64,000 nt of DNA from Glycera tridactyla (GCA_965644265.1 OZ286466.1:65162001-65226000); one strand, 5' to 3'; positions 24,491-38,194 are shown, numbered from the stretch's first letter. Made by a program: numbers and translations. The notes: a model not told the origin generated them from the letters alone.

Positions 24491-25038
24491 ATAGGTCATT
24501 CATTGTTGAAAGTTCTCCCACGGTCGCAGCTCAGCTTCTTGATCATGATTGTGTATGTCTGTATGTAGGATGGTGTAGAATGGTGCTAAAATTTCATATG
24601 GATAGATAGATGAAAGCTTGTATGTATCATTGACATACGGCTAATAGGTTCATACTAAGATGAAGAGTCGATAACAGCTCATCGCAGCTTATTCAGACGC
24701 ATTTGGATGTCCTGGAAAAAATGCTTGATGTCCTGGAAATGTCATGGAAAAGTTTCGAGAAACGTTCTGCCGAACGTGTATGAACCCTTATGTAGTGAGA
24801 TGGTCCTTATAGACACATAGAGTACATAGGGGATGTCTCATACAGACACTGATCGAATAATTCAGGACAGGAAAAATTGGGCACCTAGCAACAAATTCAC
24901 CAACAAACCCAGCCAGTCCATGAAGTGAATCATGCAGGTCAACCCTAGTGTACCCCAAAGAATGATGAGACAGTTGGTTGGTTGTTGGTCTTGTGTAGAC
25001 TGAAATCGTCTATATCTGGACGCACATACACTATTCAT

Positions 25039-25299
25039 GGGTGGGATCATTCCAAAACCCTCATTCTGGATCAGCAACGGAAGGCAATATAAATCTAAAT
25101 AGCAAACATAATGTCCTCTGAACCCTCTCCACGCTACCGATCCTTTTTCCATGTGAACTCCTCTTGAGAGCTGTGGATTGAACCTATATTCACAGGGTAA
25201 CACCATAGTCAAAATTTTTAATAACATATATGACACCATGCCATGAATTATTACCTTCTATTGGGGACCCAGAAGGAGGAGTCTGGAATGATCCCACCC
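25039..25299. mobile_element. MITE family H with ~46-bp imperfect TIRs (right-end fragments also at ~33290-33325 and ~36345-36385)
   Basis: gggtgggatcattcca at 25039 and its exact reverse complement tggaatgatcccaccc ending at 25299. Confidence 0.75.
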
Positions 25300-28200
25300 G
25301 CATTGCTTGGGCGTCACAATATTGCACAAAGGGACCTGGAGTGACGTTGAATCAGAACCAAACAAGCAACCTCGTGAAAGCTTTATGAATGCTCCATGCA
25401 TTATATTGGACTCCGATGAGTGAAATACTCACTTCCATCACAGCTGTCAATCACAAAAAATATATACGATGTCATAGTGTAGTGAAGAATGATGTCACAT
25501 CTAATCTCGATAAATTCCCAGCTCCAACATTTTCCATCATATTAGTAAGAACAAAGATGTTCGGCCAGGACAGCATTTGGCCAAGAGAGGAGAGTTAGTG
25601 CTGCCAGTCGCAACACAGTGTGGCCAACTTCAAGGCACAGCGCACCAGAGAATTCCTAATGTAATTGTGAATAGAGTGCCGTGGCTGTCTGCCGTCAACG
25701 GCAAAGATTCAATGAGCCAATAATCCTAGAGCGTATGTCGAGCCTTAGTCACCCATAAATCCAGACGCAACCATCTACACTGAAAGTGCCTTATACATGA
25801 CGAATCCGCCAATTTCATGAACACTGTGTAGCGACATCTGGTTGCAGGATGAGGCAAGAGTCATGGTGCTCGTGCATCGCCACTTCCGGTTGAATGCTTC
25901 GCAAGGCACATGTACTGTAGTTTTCAGCGTTGAGCCGTGGCTTTCACACCATCAAAGTCTACCTGTGATCTTCAACAGACCCCGCGGAGCTTTGAGCCGT
26001 TGCTTCCACACCACTGAGGGACACCCGTGATCTTCAACACGTCCTGTTGAGTTTTGAGCCGTGGCTTCCAATTTGTCATTGTTCACCTGTGAGATCAATC
26101 AGGCAGAAGCACTGTGACGCGGAGCCGCTTACGCATGTCACGTCATCTCATTTTTCATCAGGTTTATACTTTCAAGCTGTTTAACATCCACTATACAAAA
26201 GTAAACCTTCCAAAATTAGTACCAACATGATCTCTGTTTGATGTGTGCAGCAGGATATATCTTCCCTCATGCATCAGACATGCGATATCTTCCTGACACT
26301 CATGTAGACATTAATTGAGCTGAGAGGTAGTGAGCATTGAAACAATTCTCAGGATGATGATTTGAAATGAATGAACTGTAAAGTCAACGGGATCTGAATA
26401 TAATTGTCAACTGAAAATGGTCGTGAACCGAACATTTTCAATCGTAAACCCCTTCAGGTCTGATTATGCTGAGTTTGAACTTGTTCAAAATGTAAGACAG
26501 GAATTGTGTTGAGAATTCTGTCTGCTTACTCGACGCTTTTTTGACAATGCCCATGTGTTAGTTTCACCTCACTCGAGAGGCATCTCCCACTCGTTTTTTT
26601 TGCAGGGACGTCACAATATAAACCAAATGAGTTAGAAAAAGCCATTTGTTGTACGTAATATTATATACGGGAGGGAAGGAGATGTATCAGAAGATATCCA
26701 CCCTCATATATCGTTTTTGTATTCTGAAGTCTGTTCCGAATACTGGATACTGAACTTTTGTATTGTGTCAGATTATATACAGGATTACACTGGCCCTAGA
26801 TAGGTCATATTAGGTGCCAACACGAATTGTTGAAGACACCCAAAATTGCATGCTTTGCTACCATGAACTTTCATGGTATTTTGCATGACGCATGCAAAAA
26901 ATCCCATCACCCTGGATAAACTGATGCTAGGGCGCTGTGTTGTCACCAATACTACTACTACATCCATTGATTGTGAGAGATTACTGCTCCAGCTTGTGTC
27001 AACACGTCTCTTGAGGCTGGTATATTGTCACTCTATGGAGCATTGGATTAAGATAAGCTACATATAGATGATTGGATTCATTTCCTGTGGTAGATCACAT
27101 CTCCTATACTCTCTCTATGCTACGAAATTCTTATTACAAGCCAAGAATTTGTGGAAATACATTGTGTAGAAGGTGTCGAAGTCGAAGGTAAACAGACACC
27201 AATCAATTTTGAAAAGTTATCAAGATGACCATATTCTTGAATTTTCTTTGAAACAGTTTTTAACGTGATTGGATATATGAAGGATAATTCTGGAAATAAT
27301 GGTTATACCTCTTCTATATTGCATGGTAGGCAGTGGAATCCATTACTACGACCTGAATTACCATGTGTGGGATCTCGAAACCATAATGTAGGGAACCTGA
27401 AGGAACTGTTCGGTTGGATTGTGACCAGGCATCTCATCGCAATTCTAGAAAAGATTGGACTGTTGCGAAGTGAATTTCGGACATGTTTATCCAGTGCTGC
27501 CAACTGGGTTATCAAATTCCAGCCGTGTGAGTCAGTGTCTATGCTCCATGTGAATAAAAAAAACCAAGCAATTGTTGCACAATGAGAGGGGAAACCTCTC
27601 CGGTAGGAGTGATATCTTCTACAGTTCATTTTTATATGAGGAAAACTTGAAAGAAGAAAAAAAATACCAGAAAGAAAAATTATGCACATAAGAGATCCAC
27701 CGTATTATTCCACAATGAGGAGTCGAACTTCTCTGGCAGGAGTGCTCCATTTATCAGCTCATTTTTATATGAGGGAAATTCGACAGAAAAAATACTGTCT
27801 AGACAAAGTGTTTGAGATAACCCATTACTTCAGTTTAAGATAACATCACTTGGCTTGAGGAGACGATAAGACGTACCATACCAATCAATCAACACTGCAT
27901 GATATATTTTGCGTTGGGGATGAATCATGGCTTGGAGCCATAAGTGAAATGGTGAAGGAAAATAGAATGATACATGAAATTGCATGGAGAGTACTAGAAC
28001 AGGCTTGGAAGGGTCTTCGTGAACATCATAAGAAATGCAGCTTTAGAGAAATCCCACGAGGAAGATCTACATCTATTTTCTCGCAGACAGTGGCGGCAGA
28101 ATGGTTTAGATGTTCAGTGTGTAAAGTACGAGATGCATCATTCAGTGCTATGCCAATACTCTCGGCAATCAGCCGGAATACATCTAAGCGTCATATCCTT

Positions 28201-28629
28201 TCTAGAATATTTGTCATGCAGTTCTGGACAGCAAGTCGATATTGAGCATTGGTTACTCTATAAGAGTTGCCTCTGGAGAGGATCCTGATCCAATGTACCC
28301 CGGTGATTGATTGTCTTATTCAAATTTGATAGCATATATCAATACAAAAAATTATATATGTCATCTATTCCCGTTCTATGGAAGCTTCGAGTTCTGTCTA
28401 ATTATGTAGAAACTCAATGTCACAACCTAACGTTTTGTTAGACGTACTTGCCGCCAAAACACCTGGTGGCAATAAGAAGAACTAGAAGAACAAGTTCTGA
28501 TGATGACTGTCAACAGGTACGAAGATTTTTGGTTGTGACATAGCGTTTATACATAAATCGAACATTCCAACCTGAATCGAACACTCCAACCCGATGAAAT
28601 AGTTTCAAGTTCATGTTTTATCGCCTATG

Positions 28630-28850
28630 GGCATCAATCTTGAAAACCTGAACGCGAGATGATTGGGGAATAAAGAAGGTTGTCAAGTGGAATTTGCTGG
28701 CAGTTCCTGTATGCGGCTACAATGAATTCAATGGACCTAATGATGGCGCAGATAAATCCATAACTGGCTGGAAGGTGACACGGTGACTCTCATGCCTGAT
28801 AGTAATTCTACCATTTTCATCCAGGTGCAGTACTTGAAAAGAGACATAGT
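28630..28850 (-). mobile_element. Family B fragment, antisense, diverged
   Basis: aaaacctgaacgcgagatgattgggga..gaaggttgtcaagtggaa...aactggctggaag...gcctgatag. Confidence 0.55.
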
Positions 28851-30497
28851 CCGGCGATTACTTGACCAATGTGTATGTGGTACCTCATGGAAAAGTGATA
28901 CACACAAATAGTGACGTAACGATGTCCATGGTGATGGATTCTATGTTCACAAAGATTGACTGTCCTACTGCCATTGGTGATACGTTGACTTTGAAAACAA
29001 TCATGATTATGAAGTTTTTATTGAGTTACACTTTTTATAGGGGCCTGGAGAGGAATTTGATAATTCAGGCAGTTAGCCAACTTTTCTTGAACATGCACCA
29101 CTTTTGAGTGAAACTGTCGCGAAAACGTTTGAAAAACGGGGTAGGGAGGATCACATGAAAAGCTGAAAATCGTGTGTTCCATTTTTCCCACTATAACAGT
29201 CCGCATCGCAAGGTCAGCAAAAATAAAACTGCCATCGCTAGCGAAATGAGACATATTTATGTACCAGCATTTATCGCCTCTCTGCTTTATGAGCATCCTG
29301 GTGGGCCTCCACATTGTGACATAACTTTGAGCCAGTAGGGGGCGACAATAGCTGTCCGTTGATTTATTGCTTCTCCCTCTCATACTTATATTTGACAACC
29401 CAGCAATCCACAGAACATCACTTCAAACATGCTCAATGTATTCGCACCCATTCCAGAATAGCTTTTCAAATATTTCAGAAGAATTTATTCATACCCTGCG
29501 GAGGATGCATCAACAGGCACACATTCTTCCCCACTGAGATTTACAACAAATCCTACACAATAGTAATCACGAATGAAAAATATTAAGGCGGTAATGTTGC
29601 CCTCACTCGATATGCAAAGTTATGGCAACTCTTCAAATAATCACAGATATTAAGTGTACAAATATGAGAAGTACAGCACACGAAATTAGGCATTGTAGTT
29701 GCCTTCCTTATAAGGCAGTCCAGTCCGTTGTCTGCCTTTTGTTTCACTAGCAAACTACGATCTGAATAGTATGCATTTCATGTATTGTGCAGCACATATT
29801 ATCATTAAACAACAGATAAATGGTATAGAACAACTCTTGCTTCCAACACTTCCATACATCAATTTATTCACATCCGAATCAGCCAACCCATGATACATTT
29901 CGTTGAAAGGAAGACTGAAACAGGATACGTGTCATTGTGTACAGGAAGAGCTATCCGCGATCTGATATCATCATATTTCTTCGAAATAGTTACCACACAA
30001 TAGACAATGCACTTTCAAACGCCGACAAGACATAGACCTAAAATTACTTACACTCAACCCCATTTTTCCGAAGACAATTGACTTTCGATAATTCATAGAC
30101 AGCAGAAGTGCGTGGAAAGTTTCGATCAAATCGGAAACTCACTCAAAATATGAACTCCGAATTGTTGTATGGAGTAGCGCTTGGTGGATATAGCCATGCC
30201 CCTGTCTTTTTCTTACATCGGTATTGAATGATGAAGAGGTATTTCTAATGTTTAACAATCAATGTACATGTTAGGCATAATGGAGAGTGATTATATTGGG
30301 TGCTTGATAAATAATTCCTGTTTGGAAAGATGGAGGTGATATGCTGTGATAGATTTTATTTGATAAACTTTATCGAATTTCACCATTACAATCGATTACA
30401 ATTGTTTCGTCGTCCAAATAAAAACGTATGAATCCTTTTTTCCGAAGCCTCGATACGCACATCTTATTTGTGGCTGACTGTCTGACTGATTGACTAC

Positions 30498-30579
30498 CTG
30501 AGGGGGGAGGGCTGGGACACTGTTGGACCGGGTGAACATTCCCATGGTTCAGGCTCAGTTTCCTTGTGGTCAAAGTCAT
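30498..30579 (-). CDS. Candidate upstream (first coding?) exon of the mucin-like gene, unconfirmed
   Basis: ATG at 30579 to donor TCAG|GTAGTC gives 27 codons + 1 nt, phase-compatible with the 11562 acceptor. It sits in a GC/CpG-richer island, but the peptide has no signal-peptide character and another frame looks more protein-like. Confidence 0.2.
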
Positions 30580-31720
30580 ATTCTCGGGGTTGCGAACTGC
30601 TCACATCAACATATCAATGGTCTGGGACAAGTGCCGTCAATGCCACGGCAAATTCTGTCATATGCTTGGAGCGGGGAAGATGTCCGTTTCAAATGTCGGG
30701 CACATTTCCGGGACCAGACCCGGACATGACATGGACTGTCTGCGACAACTTCTTTTATTGATGTGGACAAACACATGTGCTGTGAGATGTTGCGGTCACC
30801 ACTTTGACATTCTGACTGCCGAGAGGTCAAATTTGACTCGCTCGCCTTCCCTCTCGCTCGCATGCAACTTGCCATTGCCCCCTGTCGACAGACACAGCAT
30901 GTCTGAAACACCAACCAATTCTGACCAAGAATGCATAGATGTTTGTAAGCTTGTCCAGTTTTATCCCTGACCTCTTTTGACAATAGTGGAAGCACGCCAT
31001 GATTGTATACATGTTGCAAAAGCATGGTCGTTATTGAAATGAATAAACCTAATTCGTGAAGCATGGACACGGTCATATAACATGCTCAAACGGTCAACTT
31101 AATTACAAAAACACAGTCAATATTTACAATACATGTATATACAAATAATAAGATGATCATGGAGCGGGGAGCGACGGGCGGGGGGGGGGGGGTAATATCA
31201 TCAGGAATACAGATCACGGGTGTAGGTATAATATGGGAATCCGACATTGTGATATTACTATAGGTGGTGGAAGTGGTATGGCATTGACACGGACAAGGGC
31301 AGGGACACATGTGCCTCATGACTTTGTGTAAAGAAGTCAGTCCTTCACTATTCTAAATACATTTGAAAGTGACATTTAGCCAGCGGTTCCTAATTCACCA
31401 GACATGATGTTCCATACTCTTGCAGCAGCTTTCACTAAGTTCAACAAGTCTTTTTTGAAAGGGAAGATACAACTATCTCAATCATCTTGTTATTTGGATG
31501 TGGGCACTCACAACCAAAGCTCACGAGTGAGTAGGTGTAGGAAAGCGTGATGAGGATAATTAGTGGTTAAAAGGATACGTATTCAAGCAAGAGAGCTATT
31601 TCATGTTCCTGGTAGATTGGGAGTGTGTCAGCCGAATGGAAAAGTTTTAATTACATCTCTAATTAGGTTTCATTACGCTGTCAGCTGATGTCGTTAATCC
31701 CGATAAATATGTTACTTTGT

Positions 31721-31975
31721 CAATCAGGAGGGATCGATTAAAAATAATTTGGAGTCGTGTTACTGGAGGAGAAATCCCTTTTTGAGCCTGCCCTAATGGT
31801 GGGCGTATATCACTCCAGACACACTCGCTGGAATGCAATCCCTGGACCAATCAGGGGGATCAATTAAAAATAAGTTGGAGTCGTATCGGTGGAGAAGAAA
31901 TCCCTTTTTGCACCTGCCCGAAGGAGGGCATATATCACTCCAGACACACTTGCTGCAATACCATCCCTGGACCAG
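31721..31975. repeat. 127-bp tandem duplication
   Basis: caatcagg.gggatc.attaaaaataa.ttggagtcgt...tatatcactccagacacact starts at 31721 and 31848. Confidence 0.9.
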
Positions 31976-32901
31976 GACAGGTATGGTCTCATCCCAAGCT
32001 GCGGTGGACATCAACCCTGATGTCTTCAGAGGGCCATGTCACTACATAGGGGGTTGGCATTTCATGATTGTCTATACCAACGTTATGAGAAACCTTCTTT
32101 CCCAGTTAGGATATTGGATGTCCATGTTCAACATTTGTTGGTGTATGGTGAAGTTTGAATTGGACAGAGGTCAGGTCTCAAGTCCAACAGGCCCACCAGG
32201 TCTCCCTTCTACAGGGATCTGAAAATAAAAGTGGCCAAAACCCCGACCTTTTTATTCACCGATGACCTGTCCTAATTCACCATTTTTCCTCTGTGTCCCT
32301 TCGAGTGATGTTTCTACCAGTTCCTCAGCATATATCACTAAATGTTTGATTCTTGCTTTTGGAGTATGTCATATCGCATATGCTGCGCCATAACACATGC
32401 AGCCACCTTGTGGATTGTATGCACACTACTAGTTCTGGCCTCTTCTGTTATATTTTGTACTTTAGAGTGGTCTTTCAGCATCTCTGCGGGCGAACTTCGA
32501 TGCATGGCGTCAAGTTGTTCTTGTTGTATTTTGTGCAATGAATGAGTCAAAAATTAACTGGATCGTCTCTGATTTGCCGTCAGCAGCAACAAGAATCATG
32601 ATTTTTGTGATTCGCCCTATGTAATAATCTTGTTCCGGCCATTCCTTGTGATATTTTTCCCTACAAAGACGTAACAAAATTCATTCTGATATATATGCTT
32701 GTAAGAAAAACTTCCGTCCATATCAAATGATCTCACGCCGGACCTCTGATTCATGGATGCCGATCGATTTCATGGTGGCCACCGACCATATAGCTAATAT
32801 TCGACGAATCCCTCGATTTTTGTCATTGATATTTGATCACCTTATCATCCTCGTCATCCATATGATGATTTCTTATATCACCTCCGTCAGGAGCAATGTT
32901 A

Positions 32902-33220
32902 ATGTGCTATATTTGGGCTCACGGCGCTCACGACGCCCATGTCCTATCACTGTTTTTGGTCACTGAACATTTCTGTAGAGGCATACTGACGGACGTCGTG
33001 AATGTCCAGAGCGGGGAAATAGCACATTATTATATATGGCGCTATGGTAATCTTCTTCATAGAATAAACGATGCCCTATGGCAATTTTGAGGATGGGGAA
33101 AGGTGATTGTTAGCATCACATATATATTGAGTGAGTATCGTGCGAGAGCCGAACGTCCAGTGACCAAGAATGGTGATAGGACGTGGGCGTCTTGAGCGTC
33201 CAGAGCCAAGAAATGTCACA
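32902..33220. mobile_element. MITE/foldback element with ~60-bp imperfect TIRs
   Basis: 32911-32968 (atttgggctcacggcgctcacgacgcccatgtcctatcactgtttttggtcactgaac) is the imperfect reverse complement of 33155-33214. Confidence 0.7.
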
Positions 33221-33599
33221 TAATTATATAGGCCGTCAGAGATGCCATCACAGGAGGTGTCCTCTTCCAACATTTGAATTTCCACTTTCTATTGGGGTCC
33301 CGAAAGAAGGAGAATGATCCTATCCACGTGCATGGGCGTCTTGATATGGACAAGATAGTGCTCACGTGGTGTCAAACAACAAAACAAACTACATTTTGTG
33401 ATGCATTCCCACTGGTACACTTCCTGTTTTTTCCTCAGATTGCACCCCCCCTGCTTCAAAGCCTATGATCGAACACTAGTGTGGAACAAAGCCTTGGAAT
33501 CCGTCTTGTTCTGACTAACTGCACACGGCATCCTGGAACTTGGATTTCCCTGTTCCGACCATTCGCTAAAGATAGAGCCAATAATCACTCGTAGAATCA

Positions 33600-33720
33600 A
33601 GCATAATCTTGTGTTTAGGGTTTGTAAGAGTGATGTCGGCAGGGGACTGAGCATCCCCTTTCATGGTTCAAGAACACACCTGTGTTGATGCAAGCTATCA
33701 CAAACCAAACAAGCAAAATA
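33600..33720 (+). mobile_element. Family B 3' fragment
   Basis: atcttgtgtttagggtttgtaagagtgatgtcggcagggga...aaaccaaacaagcaaa. Confidence 0.55.
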
Positions 33721-33854
33721 GATCCGAAATAATACTTTGAGTGTCTGTAAACTTTCATTAAGTCTCATTTCCCGCTGGGGACCTGGATGGAGGAGACTGA
33801 ATGATCTTACCCATGTTTATTGCATGGGTAGCACAATATAGCACAGATGGTGCT

Positions 33855-34250
33855 CACTGAACGTGAAACAAACAAAGAAATTGATGAACAAATAGGCGAA
33901 CAACTCAAACACCATTCGAGATCATGTTCGGTAGCCGATATCACGCACATATGTATACGACCTTCTAGATGGCGGTGGTAGTCAGTTATATTGACAGCGC
34001 CACCTAACTCTGAGAGAGGTTTACGTGCCTCTAGTAATTCAATATAACCCAGATGGCGTGCACTGGACGTGAAACAGACAAACAAACAAACATACAAACA
34101 CATCGATAGACAAATAGACGAAATACTCAAAACGCCATTCAAGATCATGTTCGGTAGCCGATATCACGCACATACGACCTCCTAGATGGCGGTGGTAGTC
34201 AGTTATATTTGACAGCGCCACCTAACGTTGAGAGCGGTTTACGTACCTCT
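33855..34250. repeat. ~205-bp tandem duplication
   Basis: gatcatgttcggtagccgatatcacgcacata...ctagatggcggtggtagtcagttatatt.gacagcgccacctaac occurs twice. Confidence 0.9.
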
Positions 34251-34289
34251 TGTATCTTGATGTATGAGACCGTAGGGCCTGGCAAGGTT

Positions 34290-34450
34290 TTGAGGCCAAT
34301 CACCTGGTGGCGGCACACGGCACCCGAGCGCCAATAACTCTCGCCAATCTCGCAAGATCTCGTGACGCCCGACGTTATTCATGCTTTGCCTCTGACTTGG
34401 ACTCTGCACGGCGTTTGATAAGAGATCAAAACGGCCGCCGCTGGCATAAA
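34290..34450. promoter_or_regulatory. Candidate CpG-rich promoter
   Basis: Three CCAAT (34296, 34331, 34344), TCTCGCAAGA (one mismatch to the TCTCGCGAGA palindrome) at 34348, high CpG density and a minus-strand donor GAG|GTACGT at 34246. Confidence 0.4.
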
Positions 34451-35019
34451 CCCCTCATTTCACGACCACAGTGATATGGATGACATCGCAGAGCATTCGC
34501 TGAGGGACTGATATATATTGCCGATGTATATATACATCCAGCGACGACCGCAGTGAACAATTCTTTCGCGGCAGTCCATCTGCCCCCAAAAACACAGTAA
34601 AGATTCGAGATCTTAACATAGTGGAGAATGTGGATCATTCCAATGTTCACCCAACCTGCGAAAGAAAAAAAAATATATATTCTTCTCTCAAATGTAGCCG
34701 ACATATGATTTGTTCAGAGTTATTTCATTTTTAGTGATTCTCAAATTATGAACCCTCCATTTCTATGACTCTGACTCATTTCGAACTCATGCCGTTAAAC
34801 CTCAATTTAACAAACAAACAAAAATTTGTTCGATCTCTACTTAGGAGAGTATTTGTTGGAAACAGACTTGTCTCCCTTTCGATTATAATGAATCTGCATA
34901 CGTGATAAATTCAACTTTCCTGTTGGTCACCTTTGCCTACACAGCTCATCAATTATATTATACTAATTCACACCGTCCTAGGCGTGATGAAAACATGGAT
35001 CATACCACTGTGATACCAT

Positions 35020-35330
35020 GCATGGAATAAACAAATCCGTTCCCGCCTTCATGAGCTATTGCAAGATTGTGCTATCCCGCAAAACCACCACACATATGAA
35101 AGACCATCTTACAGTGTGAGATATTCCCGTCATTACATGGATGCTGCAAGTGAATTTCACTTCAAGACCTATAAATTTCGGATAGAGTAGTATCTCCTCT
35201 TGTTCAAGAAATACGCGTGATATCCTTCCATATAGGGGCATTGAATTTCAAATGGCCTTTTATTTTCACCAATGAGAGTTGCCTTTATTTGACCACAATT
35301 GCTTCCATGAGATGGATATGCTCTCTCCCT
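35020..35330 (-). mobile_element. Possible decayed PIF/Harbinger transposase fragment
   Basis: Across a frameshift: NCG...FEIQCP...YFLNKRRYYSI / LEVKFT...RDSTILQ*LMKAGT.LFIP, echoing Harbinger NC.GAIDG.H..I..P...YFN.K.Y.SI / D..YKFT...D..IF. The catalytic DG is not intact. Confidence 0.3.
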
Positions 35331-38194
35331 AAATGAGGTATACCAGTGAAACCAGGATATCATTGAGTCGGCTAATACTAGATACGTACAGACCCAAGCA
35401 CTTTTAAGCCTCTGCAATGAGAGATGACAGTACAAGGAGTGAAAACACAAGCAGGATGCCGCGAATACCATGGAATTGTAACCAACACTGAGTGCAATAT
35501 AATGTCCGTGCTAATGCATTTTCGTTGTAAGCAGCAGCCATATATCTCCTTGTCAACAAACAGACATTGTGCTGAATCCTTCTTTAAACAGCGGGGAGGT
35601 GGAGCGGTTCGCTTCCAAAAGTCTCACTCGATAGTTTGTGCTGGTATCGATGTTTAACTACCACTTCACCAGTGATGAATCTTGCAATGCAGCCACAATA
35701 AAGAGATGACCTAATCCCCAACCAGACTTTGGTTGGTGTCTACATACGATTGACATCATCCTGGTGAGTTTTATTTTGTTATACCTGTCTCTCATCAATA
35801 CCTCTGCTTTCATAGGTGTAACATATCTATTTTGAGCAATAGCTTTTGATGGAATAATCGTGTGAACGAAATGTGGAAAAAGGATTAGTAAAAGAGGATC
35901 ACAACTTCCCAGTATACAGACTAGTTCGACACAAGGAATAATCGATTATCTTCTGATTGTTCTTGAACATTGTCTTTCAAGGCTAGAAATTGTATTTACC
36001 ATGTATATAGCATGACATATGACTATTCACTGCAACACAAAAAACAATAGATTCATTGATGTGTTGCACTAATCAATTCATTCGAAAGTGTTCTCCTTTT
36101 CGGATTCCAATACTGATCAGATCTAGAATACTGTCATAGGTTCGATAAGAGATACTCTCTTGCAGGAAAGTGGAGGCCCAGTGAACTATTTCCATGCTCA
36201 CCGCGTAAGACAGTGGCCAGAAATAACCGAATCAGTTTTTGCCATGATAATCATTCTCAGGTTCATTATGGTGAAAACTCTCAAAAAAAGAAATGCCACC
36301 TTGGGTGTTTGTGAATTTCCAAAAAAGGTTCACCTTCTGTTTTGGACCCACAACGAGGAGTCTTGAATGACCCATCCCATGCCCGTTGCATGGGCATCAC
36401 AAAGAAACAAGATTGGAGCTGACATCAAAACAGGAACTAACCAGCCAACCGACCAACTAACCAACCGGCCAACCAACAATTTCACCAACAAAACAACCAA
36501 CTCAACAACCACTATCCTCTTCCCATATTTCCCCTTCACCCTCTACCCTTATCATGGACATGCAAATGTCTGAGTATACCCAATATTCAAATGGTGCATT
36601 TGACAGGTAAGGGTTAGGGAATAATCCGAATTGCATCCATACTATTTGACATGTGGGTTGGGGGCACTGTTATTAGCCGTCATATTGCACATTATACGCA
36701 CTCAGTTGCCCCCATTGCCATTCCAAATTAGAGCTGATATTCATGGCTTGAAATCATGTATTCATGGCTTTCCGCGTGATTATAGCACCCAGTATATGAG
36801 AGGGTAATAACATGCTACAATGACCACTGCGGCTTTTTGTGGCTATATTTGCCAACTTTGCCAATCAAGCTGAATCCTGCTTACCATAAAGAAACGGCTA
36901 CATGCACGTGAATGAAGCACCTTGTTATTCGGTAAGAGAAGGGAGAAGTTCCTCGGCAATGGTGCTCCTTTCTTCAGCTAATAGTTTTTTATGAAGTAAA
37001 ATTGAAAAAAAATAAAGATAAAAAAAACAAAAAAAAACGAAAATACATTTTCAATTTTTCTTCTCAATCATGTATTCCAATTCTACACATTACTTCCTGA
37101 ATACAATAAATTGGATAGAAAAACAATTCCATGGTACGATAGAATGTTCAGTCCGAAATGATCCCTGTGGTGTCTAGAGGACGTTAAACAATAGTCAATC
37201 TTCGTGCAAGTTACTCATAGTCACCAATGCACTGCTTTCCACAGAGAGACGATGTATCGTGCATCTTATCCATATTTACATATTCTCAAATGCACAGTCC
37301 CCAGTGATTTCGACCAAGTATGCTCTTCGTTGGAGTAAGTTTCAAGTCTATCGGCCATTCTGCACGGAGGTGCACCTGCTGTGGTCCGATAAGAACTTTG
37401 GCCATTTTAACTGATAATTAGGTGCAACCAAAAAGACGTGAGTGCTGTCGATTGCCGACGTATTTGAAGATAAATGCACAAATTTCAGATTACTTTCATC
37501 CTATAATGAAATAAGCCCTCCACCTCACAATGCAAGTCCATCCATCTCATCCTGCCTCGAATGAATAGGGACTCAATGAATAGAATGGCCTATACAACCT
37601 GGCCGACCTGAATGACTCCCATGACATGCTAGACATCAGGGTGCATTTGGGTGATAACATGAGAGGCCTATACCATCCATGACCCGCCTCAATGTATCAA
37701 ATTATACCCAATGGGCAATCGGGCGAGGAACACAGTTTTGATTTTCGTATATTGTTGAGGTAATACATGGCAGGTGAGGAATCAACGGTGATTTGTCAGC
37801 TTGTGGATGAAGATGGCAAACGAATCATCTGCATCGGCATCCCACAGACAAATGTTTGGGGTCTGTGATGAAAAATCTCGAAGCCGGCTCCCGAATCCTG
37901 ATTTGTCTGTGATTTTTCTGCAGGATTATGAATGCGATGAAGAATTGGCTGCCCTTGCAAAACTCTTTCGACGTCAACATCTGCTTCAATGGATGGTCAT
38001 GAAATTCAGTCATGAAATTCGACAATGGATGCTGATCGGGTAGGGTGTAACCAACATGCAGAATTCTCCACAGGAAAATATACTCTACATATTCACGGTC
38101 CTTTCTCCGCCAAAATTTCCCCACAAGCATCGTGTGCCATACTTGTATTGACTCAATAGAATACGACTGTCTTTACGAGGATAGCATCTGACCA

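Noticed and set aside
26700-29400. Several 60-128-aa ORFs as a gene or transposon
   Set aside because: They overlap on both strands with no recognisable domain or consistent frame; possibly old TE debris but unsupported.
30614-30616. In-frame TGA as selenocysteine
   Set aside because: No selenoprotein-like context and no SECIS identified; a second TGA lies upstream in the same frame.
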